From an uncultured Gammaproteobacteria bacterium (GTDB lineage Bacteria; Patescibacteriota; Microgenomatia; Woykebacterales; RBG-16-39-9b), in assembly GCA_964349395.1 (NCBI GenBank), contig CAYGGA010000003.1, positions 1,424 through 65,423 of the forward strand: a stretch of 64,000 nucleotides of DNA. The letters are read 5' to 3'. Under the pieces are notes generated by a model. The model made no database searches. It saw only the letters and a list, made by a program, of their open reading frames with translations, and was not told where the DNA came from. Positions 29,065-36,552 of this stretch are shown one piece after another. The position numbers and the translations under genes are program-made. Position 1 is the first letter of the stretch, and each line of letters starts with the position of its first letter.

Positions 29065-30041
29065 AGAAACTTCTAAAAGTTGGAGTGGTCGGGGTTGGTG
29101 TCATGGGTGCTGAGCATGCTCGTGTCTACTCTACACTAAAAGGCTGCCAACTAGTGGGGGTTTATGATAACCATAAAAGCCTTGCAAAAAAGGTGGCTAG
29201 AAAACTAGGTGTTACTTCCTTTCAAAATTTGGATGATTTACTGAAGGAAGTAAAGGCAGTAAGCGTGTGCACCCCAACAACCACCCATTTTGATGTTGCC
29301 TCCAAAGCTCTAAACCAAAGGGTCGCGGTTCTGATCGAAAAACCCATCGCTAATACCCTTGAAGAGGCGGAGAAACTCATCAAGCTAGCCAAGATAAATA
29401 AAACGACCTTGTCCGTGGGTCACATCGAACGATTTAACCCGGTTATTGAGACTCTTAAAAAGAGATTAGAGAAACAAAAAGTCATCTCAATAAATATTAC
29501 TAGGCTGGGTCCTATACCACCAAGAATTAAAGACGTCGGAATTATATTAGATCTTGGAACTCATGATATTGACTTAATCAGGTATTTAACTAAAAGTCAT
29601 TTTGAGAAGATAAATTCAGTTTTTTCTAGCAAATCGAATAAATTTGAAGATGCGGCCATTTTAAGCTTTCAGATGAAAAACAAGACTATTGCCTCAGTAA
29701 TTACCAATTGGTACACTCCATATAAAGTCCGACAGATCGAGGTGGCGACCATGGACAAACTTTTGGTGGGTAATTTGATGAGTCAGCAAGTAGTGGAGTA
29801 CTCCAACTACGATGGTTCCGGGTCTTATGTAACGAAAAGTTTGCCTGTTAAATATACTGAACCTTTATATGAAGAGTTGAATAGTTTTACCCAAGCAATC
29901 AGTAGTAACAAAAAGCCACGAGTCTCGGGTTTAGATGGCCTGGAGGCGGTTAGAGTGGCTCTTTACTGCCAAAAACTAGTTGCGGATAAGCAACCAAACA
30001 AAGTCACGGAAAGCCAAAACCGGAGTCCAAAGTTTAACTGA
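29061..30041 (+). CDS. Gfo/Idh/MocA-family NAD(P)-dependent sugar oxidoreductase
   Basis: KVGVVGVGVMGAEHARVY Rossmann motif and EKPIA motif. Confidence 0.7.
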   Translation: MKKLLKVGVVGVGVMGAEHARVYSTLKGCQLVGVYDNHKSLAKKVARKLGVTSFQNLDDLLKEVKAVSVCTPTTTHFDVASKALNQRVAVLIEKPIANTLEEAEKLIKLAKINKTTLSVGHIERFNPVIETLKKRLEKQKVISINITRLGPIPPRIKDVGIILDLGTHDIDLIRYLTKSHFEKINSVFSSKSNKFEDAAILSFQMKNKTIASVITNWYTPYKVRQIEVATMDKLLVGNLMSQQVVEYSNYDGSGSYVTKSLPVKYTEPLYEELNSFTQAISSNKKPRVSGLDGLEAVRVALYCQKLVADKQPNKVTESQNRSPKFN

Positions 30042-30659
30042 GCTTGGTTTTTGGTTAGGATAATGAGTCACTTTCACTGAACTAATCTTGTACCCGTACC
30101 TAGAAGCCTTGATTAGCCGTTCTGCTTCCCCAAATACACTGGTTGATTTAATCTGGATTTTTTTATAAATGGAGGTTTTGAAAAGTTTGGCACAACCAGC
30201 ATCGTAAGGGTCAAAACCAAAAAACAACTTGATGAGGAGATTAAACCCCCAAGACATCGTGTGCCGAAAAAGATTGTACTCTTTACTTATCCTCTGGGCC
30301 ACCACAATGTCATTACCCTGCTTCAGCTTCCGAATCATACCAGGCAGAATGGTCATCCTAATTTCATTGTCTGCCCCATTGAAAAAGGTAGTTTTCCCTA
30401 AAGCATTTTTGTATAAGTCCTTTAGACTCGGCTCAATACCCAAATTAACAGGGTGAGTAATAATTCTTATTTGGGGGTATTTTTTTCCAAGCTTAGTGAG
30501 AAGCAAAGGTGTATTATCTCTACTACCATCATCCACAACCAAGATTTCATAACTAATCTTTAATTTATCCGCGACCTTAACTGCAAGAAGAACGGCTTTT
30601 TCAATATTGTCTTCTTCGTTATAAGCGGGGATCGCTATTGTCAGATCCAAGTTCTTCAT
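29976..30659 (-). CDS. GT2 glycosyltransferase, Dpm1/GtrB-like
   Basis: LTIAIPAYNEEDNIEKAV...ILVVDDGSRDNT. Confidence 0.7.
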   Translation of the reverse strand: MKNLDLTIAIPAYNEEDNIEKAVLLAVKVADKLKISYEILVVDDGSRDNTPLLLTKLGKKYPQIRIITHPVNLGIEPSLKDLYKNALGKTTFFNGADNEIRMTILPGMIRKLKQGNDIVVAQRISKEYNLFRHTMSWGFNLLIKLFFGFDPYDAGCAKLFKTSIYKKIQIKSTSVFGEAERLIKASRYGYKISSVKVTHYPNQKPSSVKLWTPVLAFRDFVWLLIRN

Positions 30660-31296
30660 ATAAATTCTGGAGGTCTGCTACTGAATTTAAAACTTCCGCA
30701 GCGCCACTGCCTTCTAATTCTTCTCTACTACTAACTCCGGTTAAAACACCAATTCCTAAAACACACGCCTTAACCGCCGCCTGCATGTCGTAGATAAAAT
30801 CGCCCACTACCCAAACTTCCTCTTTTTTAATTTTTAGCTTCTCTAGTGCCCATAGTATCCCATCGGGAGATGGTTTTACATTAGTTACTGTCTCTCTACT
30901 CACAATAATCGCGAATTTTCCTAGCCCAAATTTTTCGAGTTCATTTTCGATAGCGGAGAGAGAAGTTCGAGAGAAGATACCAACTAAAACCTCTTTTCGA
31001 CTAAAGAACGCTAAGGTTTCTTTTACCCCTTTTAAAAGGTTGGATTCTTTAGTAGCTTGGTCCTCGACTTGATTGATAAATCCCAATGCCTGATAGACTA
31101 GGGTATTTTGTTCCTCCTTGTCACTACTGACTAATCTTGCTGCTTCCCTTATCTTAGGTAAAACCGGTTTAAAATCAAAATCATCTTGAAGTCCTCGATC
31201 GCGGAATAATTTTCTAATTCTATCTCGAGCCAATTCATAATCAGTCCCAGTTCTGATCAAGGTCCCGTCAAGGTCAAACAGAATTAGTCTAACCAT
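30619..31296 (-). CDS. HAD-superfamily hydrolase/phosphatase
   Basis: Motif I LILFDLDGTLI at the N-terminus. GDFIYDMQAA motif IV-like near the C-terminus. Confidence 0.65.
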   Translation of the reverse strand: MVRLILFDLDGTLIRTGTDYELARDRIRKLFRDRGLQDDFDFKPVLPKIREAARLVSSDKEEQNTLVYQALGFINQVEDQATKESNLLKGVKETLAFFSRKEVLVGIFSRTSLSAIENELEKFGLGKFAIIVSRETVTNVKPSPDGILWALEKLKIKKEEVWVVGDFIYDMQAAVKACVLGIGVLTGVSSREELEGSGAAEVLNSVADLQNLYEELGSDNSDPRL

Positions 31297-31303
31297 AGCT
31301 CTC

Positions 31304-32350
31304 CTAAATCTTTATTGAAGTCCACTTGTTATTTTTTACCATCACCGGCCCACCATCGGGTATCCTCATCCAGTAAATATTCGATTTTACACTATTGTAA
31401 GGAGCTACTTTCCTTGGTGTTTCTCCATAAGCAAGCTGGGTGTAAATATAGGGCATATTGACTCCGGCGGCTGCAAAAAAAAGTGAGGTGGTAAAAAATC
31501 TACCTGGATTGATTTCCATAACGCAGGGTACTCCCAGTCTATTTTCCTTAGTATCCACCACGTAAATCCCTTCTGGTTTTTTGTCCAGGGCCAAAACAGT
31601 CTTTGTCCCAACCTCGTTTACTTTGCTGCTACTAACAGTTCTCTGAATTGCGGTCGTCCCAGTGACTCCACTAGGAGACAGTCCAGCTTCCACCCATTCC
31701 ACTCTTTCTTTGCCTTGAGAACAAACCAGCAATCCATCTTTCCAAACACTAAGCCAAGACACCTCCGTCCCAGTGAGAGTCTCACTCGCCAAAAAATCAG
31801 ACCATTTAAGCCCTTTGCCCAGCCAATAGCTTACCCACATTTTGGCTTGTTCAAAAGATGTTACCGGTAGACTGGCTTTACCTCCATGCCCAGTACTTGC
31901 TCTCAACCAAATTGTCCCTTTTATCTCTTTGAAAGCTTCAGTTAAACTTGCTTTATTCTTAAGCCGGATAGTAGCGGCAACCGGCACTTGGGCCTCAGTT
32001 AAAGCAAGGTAGGTTTTCCACTTGTCATGACTAATCTCAACCGCTTTCGGAGAGGGTAAAAGAGTTTTAGCTTTTATTTCATGTCGATAATCAGAGATTA
32101 TTCTAACTTCAGGATCAGGCTGGGCATGAACAAAATCAATCTTCTCTTTTTTAATAATCTTGTTAATAGTTTGAATGTAATCTTTTTCATTTCCCTTAGA
32201 ATGAGAGACCAGATACCTTTTGTTTACTGGAGCCATCTCGATGTAGTATTTATTAACATCCAAGCCCACGATGTAGCATCTCTCCGGAGCGAGACGAAGA
32301 GCTTTGATATAATTAATACCTGCGGAACCACCACAACCTAAAATTAAAAT
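31304..32350 (-). CDS. ATP-grasp family ligase
   Basis: The central and C-terminal regions are ATP-grasp-like. The in-frame upstream extension, stop-bounded at 32369-32371, encodes RILILGCGGSAGINYIKAL, a nucleotide-binding pre-ATP-grasp motif. The track GTG start at 32269 therefore looks truncated. The likely start is a non-AUG codon (ATT 32350 or ATA 32359) after an AAGGAGG at 32364-32370. Confidence 0.5.
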   Translation of the reverse strand: MLILGCGGSAGINYIKALRLAPERCYIVGLDVNKYYIEMAPVNKRYLVSHSKGNEKDYIQTINKIIKKEKIDFVHAQPDPEVRIISDYRHEIKAKTLLPSPKAVEISHDKWKTYLALTEAQVPVAATIRLKNKASLTEAFKEIKGTIWLRASTGHGGKASLPVTSFEQAKMWVSYWLGKGLKWSDFLASETLTGTEVSWLSVWKDGLLVCSQGKERVEWVEAGLSPSGVTGTTAIQRTVSSSKVNEVGTKTVLALDKKPEGIYVVDTKENRLGVPCVMEINPGRFFTTSLFFAAAGVNMPYIYTQLAYGETPRKVAPYNSVKSNIYWMRIPDGGPVMVKNNKWTSIKI

Positions 32351-32368
32351 TCTTTTTATTTTGCCTCC

Positions 32369-34000
32369 TTACCACAACTTGTTACGATAGGTTATTGGGA
32401 TATCAACAATTGTAGGCTTTCTACTTTTTAGTGCCCTCCGGAGAGTTGGTAGTAATCCTGTTTCGGGAGTGACTCTAAGACCTAAACCACCATAAGCTTC
32501 TGCCAGCTTCACAAAATCGGGATTTTTGTACTCTACCCCGTAGTTACCACCAAACGCTTTCTCTTGTTCGTACTTAATAATACCATAGGCATTATCGTTT
32601 AAAATTAAGACTTTAATAGGGATTTTGTGTTCCACCGCAGTGATAAATTCTGAGGATGTCATCTGAAAACCACCATCTCCCACCACCACAATGACGTTTT
32701 TATTAGGGAGAGCTAATTTCGCCCCAATCCCACCCGGCATAGCATAGCCCAAAGTGGACTGCCCATTGGAAAAAACTACTGACTTAGGAAGAGGTGCCTC
32801 ATAAAAAAGACCCATAACTTGTTTATGCTCACCCACATCAACAATAATTATGTCATCTTTGCCTAATATAGTACTCAATTTTTTAACAAAAGCTAAAGGG
32901 TTGATGGGGTAAGTATTAGTACTAAATTTTAACTGGTTTATACCAAATCTTTGAATCTTTCTTTCCGGGAACTTTTCTCTTACAGATTCCCCGCTATTTA
33001 AAACAGCAAAAAATTCCTTCAGATTGCAAATTATTTCCATATCTGGATTGTAAAATTTACCCCCAGTTTTGCTATCAGTATCGATGTTAATAACCTTCGG
33101 CACTTCCCCTTGAGACCAAACTTTAGGAGTGATTCCTTCGCTGTAATCATAGCCAATATTTATAAGCACATCGACTTCTTTTAAAATCTCGGTGGTTGTC
33201 TGCAAATGGCGGCTCATAACTCCTAGGTAAAGAGGGTGATCAGGTGGGATAATTCCCTTACCATGAAAACTAGATAAAGCGTAAATTCGATACTTTTCCA
33301 TAAAATGAAGTAGCTCGCGACTCGCACTTTGCCTGGCCACACTTGCCCCCACTAAAAGTAACGGAAATGTAGCTTTTTTTAACTCTTTCAAAAAAAGATC
33401 CACTTTGGGCAAAGGTAATTTTTCCCTCACACCTTCGACCCGAAGTGGCATTTTGTCTATTTCCTCTTCAAAAACATCAACCAATAGCTCAACGTGCACA
33501 GGTCCAGGCCTTTCTTCCACTGCTTTTTGGAAGGCATAATCAATAATAGTGGGGATTTCCTCAATATTGTCAATTCGAAGGCTGCGTTTAGTCTTGTGTT
33601 TAAATTCCGCGGACATATCAATGTATTGATGAGCATCTTTGTGCCACATTGACTGGGGTAGTTGAGCACTTAGACAAACAACAGGAGACCTGTCTAGATT
33701 GGCAGTAGCAATAGAAGTGGAGATATTTGTCGCTCCCGGTCCCAAGGTAGTGTAACAAACACCAGCCTTTCCAGACATTCGCCCATACAAATCAGCCATA
33801 TAACCAGCATTTTGTTCATGAGTAGTTCTGATGAAAGTTATTTTTTTACTCTTCCGCAACTCGCGAAAGATAAACGTCTCACTAACGGCCTTCTTTCCAT
33901 GAGTATCTCCTGGAACACCGAAAATATATTCGACACCATTTTTTTCTAAGGCTTTAATAAGAATTTCTGCACCATTCATCATTTTTGCCTGCTCCTTCAA
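32369..34000 (-). CDS. Thiamine-diphosphate-dependent enzyme, acetolactate-synthase-like (three-domain ALS/YerE/sulfopyruvate-decarboxylase family)
   Basis: N-terminal ThDP-Pyr domain GVEYIFGVPGDTH. C-terminal ThDP-binding motif GDGGFQMTSSEFITAV...NDNAYG (GDG-x24-NN-like). Confidence 0.65.
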   Translation of the reverse strand: MKEQAKMMNGAEILIKALEKNGVEYIFGVPGDTHGKKAVSETFIFRELRKSKKITFIRTTHEQNAGYMADLYGRMSGKAGVCYTTLGPGATNISTSIATANLDRSPVVCLSAQLPQSMWHKDAHQYIDMSAEFKHKTKRSLRIDNIEEIPTIIDYAFQKAVEERPGPVHVELLVDVFEEEIDKMPLRVEGVREKLPLPKVDLFLKELKKATFPLLLVGASVARQSASRELLHFMEKYRIYALSSFHGKGIIPPDHPLYLGVMSRHLQTTTEILKEVDVLINIGYDYSEGITPKVWSQGEVPKVINIDTDSKTGGKFYNPDMEIICNLKEFFAVLNSGESVREKFPERKIQRFGINQLKFSTNTYPINPLAFVKKLSTILGKDDIIIVDVGEHKQVMGLFYEAPLPKSVVFSNGQSTLGYAMPGGIGAKLALPNKNVIVVVGDGGFQMTSSEFITAVEHKIPIKVLILNDNAYGIIKYEQEKAFGGNYGVEYKNPDFVKLAEAYGGLGLRVTPETGLLPTLRRALKSRKPTIVDIPITYRNKLW

Positions 34001-34014
34001 ACAGATTTAAGTAT

Positions 34015-34077
34015 AGCAGATATCAAAATCAACTTTGATATCTGCTGCGACTGGCTTATGTAGATTTTAAGCCAGTC
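34015..34077. promoter_or_regulatory. Two adjacent inverted repeats in a divergent promoter region: a 13-6-13 perfect palindrome (AGCAGATATCAAA-n6-TTTGATATCTGCT) and a 9-bp-arm hairpin (GACTGGCTT-n11-AAGCCAGTC)
   Basis: Seen directly at 34015-34046 and 34049-34077, between the ThDP-enzyme gene (minus) and the SGNH hydrolase gene (plus). Confidence 0.4.
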
Positions 34078-34138
34078 TAAGCAAAATATTCATGAAAGTT
34101 ATGTAATTTTAAACTAATTGGCTGTAATATAGAGACTA

Positions 34139-35350
34139 ATGGTCAAGAAACTCAAAAATCTTCTCATTTCTCTCACTGTCCTCCTTACCACTTTAGTCCT
34201 TATTTTTCTGGCGGGGGAATTTTGGGTTAGAAATTTTGTATTGGTTAATAAAACTAGTGGCAACTGTGTCCAGGCTGATCCCATCGTAAAATTTAAAGCT
34301 GTACCCAGTAGTGAGTGCAGATCTCAAACCCCAGAATGGAATATTATCAATAAACACAACTCTTTTGGTCTCAGGAACCCCGAGACTACCTTGGAAAAAC
34401 CTGCAAATACATTTAGAATTTTGTATTTAGGAGATTCGTTTGTCCAAGGATATGGAGTCGCTGAGGAAAAAAGCTTTGTCAGAACTTTGGAAAAGAAGCT
34501 CAACGAAAAATACTCCGGGAGTCCAAAAATTGAAGTAATCAATGCCGGGGTTCCTAATTACTCCCCTCTAATTGAGTATCTCTATCTTAAAAATGAAGGG
34601 GTTAAGTTTAGTCCTGATTTGGTAATTCTTGAATTTGATATGACTGACTTCTCCAATGACCTAGCTTACAGTCGTGAAGCAGATTACGATGAGCGAGGCG
34701 AACCAATTGCCGTCCCTGCAACCCCGTCGGCTAGTCCCAGGCCTCAAGAAGCTACCTCTCAAGCCATCTCTACTCCCGCCTCAACTCCAAAAATGGCTGA
34801 TAAAAAACTGTTGCCCTTCCTGCCAAGCAATATTAAGCAATTTTTCCATGATAATTCAGTTTTTTACAAATGGCTCTCCACCCAGTTTAAAATCCTCTTA
34901 GGACAACCTTTAGCTGATCCAGAGAAAGAGGGAATTGAGAATTTTTACACCATTGTGAAAGAAGACAAACAGTATGATGACAAACTTTGGGGAAACCCAA
35001 AGAAGAATCTAAAATTAATCAATGAAATACTTAAAGAAGAAAATATACCTTTTATAGTCAGCGCTCACCCACACGCGATTTTAGTAAGTGGTACTGAGTG
35101 GAGCACGGGTAGACTATTGCATGGTCTTGAGAGAGGCAAAGTTTATGATGCACGTTACTTTACCCAAATGGATACGTTTCTAAAAGAAGAAGGAATTTCT
35201 TTTATAAATCTACTTAGCTACTTTAGAGACGACAAAAAGGAAAAGTATTTTCCTTTTGATGGCCACTTTAATAACCATGGACACGAGGTGGCCGCTAATG
35301 GTATTTACCAAGAACTAACAAAATTGGATTTGATAAAGAATAAAGACTAG
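34139..35350 (+). CDS. SGNH/GDSL-family hydrolase, membrane-anchored (possible polysaccharide O-acyl esterase/transferase)
   Basis: N-terminal TM, GDSL block RILYLGDSFVQGYG, C-terminal DGHFNNHGH (catalytic Asp/His region). Pro/Ser/Thr-rich linker PATPSASPRPQEATSQAISTPASTPK. Confidence 0.6.
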   Translation: MVKKLKNLLISLTVLLTTLVLIFLAGEFWVRNFVLVNKTSGNCVQADPIVKFKAVPSSECRSQTPEWNIINKHNSFGLRNPETTLEKPANTFRILYLGDSFVQGYGVAEEKSFVRTLEKKLNEKYSGSPKIEVINAGVPNYSPLIEYLYLKNEGVKFSPDLVILEFDMTDFSNDLAYSREADYDERGEPIAVPATPSASPRPQEATSQAISTPASTPKMADKKLLPFLPSNIKQFFHDNSVFYKWLSTQFKILLGQPLADPEKEGIENFYTIVKEDKQYDDKLWGNPKKNLKLINEILKEENIPFIVSAHPHAILVSGTEWSTGRLLHGLERGKVYDARYFTQMDTFLKEEGISFINLLSYFRDDKKEKYFPFDGHFNNHGHEVAANGIYQELTKLDLIKNKD

Positions 35351-36552
35351 GCGAAAACTTTTTCTTTCTGCCAAATTCTCATGGTATCTTGGTAGACTTT
35401 AACCAACCCATTTATATAACCAGACTCATTCATATTTTTCTCTACAAACTCTCGACCGTTTTTACCCATCTCTTTATTTACTTCAGGGTTATCCAAAAGA
35501 AAATTAATTCTCTCCACCAAACCTTCTACATCTAGCCTGTTTACCAAGTACCCATTAAAAGAGTCCTTCAGCCATTCCCCCACTCCTCCTGTATCAAAAC
35601 CGACTACACTCCGACTAAAGCTCATTGCTTCTGGACCAGTCTTACCATGAGGCTCAGGCCAAATGCTTGGGAAAACAAGAAGATCGCATTCATTATAGTA
35701 ATGCCACAGGTGACTCTGGCTTACTTCTCCAACAAATCTTACTTTTCTTCCTACCCCCAAGTCCTGTGCCAATTGTTTATACTCTTCGAGTTGTGGTCCA
35801 TCACCCACAATAGTAAGAGTACCCGAAATGCCTTTCATAGCTTCAATCGCGTACTGAGGACCTTTTTCCAGGGTCACTCGGCCAACAAATAGAATTTGGC
35901 GCTTATTTTTGGGAACTGTACTTCTGCCTGGTAATGTCACTGGGTGAGGCAAAATAACCACCTTTTTCAAATCAAAATCATTTATCTCTAGCTGGGTAGA
36001 CATAAATTTTGAAGCTATCAAGATTTTAGGTAATTTTTGATTTACCTCTAGTTCATAAAATTTGGCTTGGTATTTTTTAAGTAGCTTTATTGGTTTGTTG
36101 GTAGCGCAATGCTCTTTGTAAGCATTTACTAGACACCTAACTGAAAAAGGGATCGGACAAATTTGATTAGAATTGTACCAAGTTTTTGAAAACCCAGGAC
36201 AGTAAAGACGGTGGTCATGGACATGACGCATCGTTGGGGCAAGGGTCATAAATTCATTAACAAAATAACCATTTAAAATATTGTTAATCTGAATTATGTC
36301 GGGCTTCTCAACACTAATTAGTCTTTCAATTTCCCCAAGGACTTGGTCTTTATTTTTGGGAAATTCTTCTTCTAACCCAGGAATCTGGTAGGCGGTAAAA
36401 CCTTCTTTTTTTATCTTTTTTGGATCGGGTCCATCCCCATAGATGATAATAATCTCATGGCCTAACTTTTTTAGGGCCGCGGAGATTTGACGAATATAGA
36501 TTTCAGTGCCACCTTCATAAAAGAACTTGTCATTAACCTGAAAAATCCTCAT
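35347..36552 (-). CDS. Glycosyltransferase family 4
   Basis: SIWPEPHGKTGPEAMSFSRSVVGFDTGGVGEWLKD. Confidence 0.65.
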   Translation of the reverse strand: MRIFQVNDKFFYEGGTEIYIRQISAALKKLGHEIIIIYGDGPDPKKIKKEGFTAYQIPGLEEEFPKNKDQVLGEIERLISVEKPDIIQINNILNGYFVNEFMTLAPTMRHVHDHRLYCPGFSKTWYNSNQICPIPFSVRCLVNAYKEHCATNKPIKLLKKYQAKFYELEVNQKLPKILIASKFMSTQLEINDFDLKKVVILPHPVTLPGRSTVPKNKRQILFVGRVTLEKGPQYAIEAMKGISGTLTIVGDGPQLEEYKQLAQDLGVGRKVRFVGEVSQSHLWHYYNECDLLVFPSIWPEPHGKTGPEAMSFSRSVVGFDTGGVGEWLKDSFNGYLVNRLDVEGLVERINFLLDNPEVNKEMGKNGREFVEKNMNESGYINGLVKVYQDTMRIWQKEKVFA

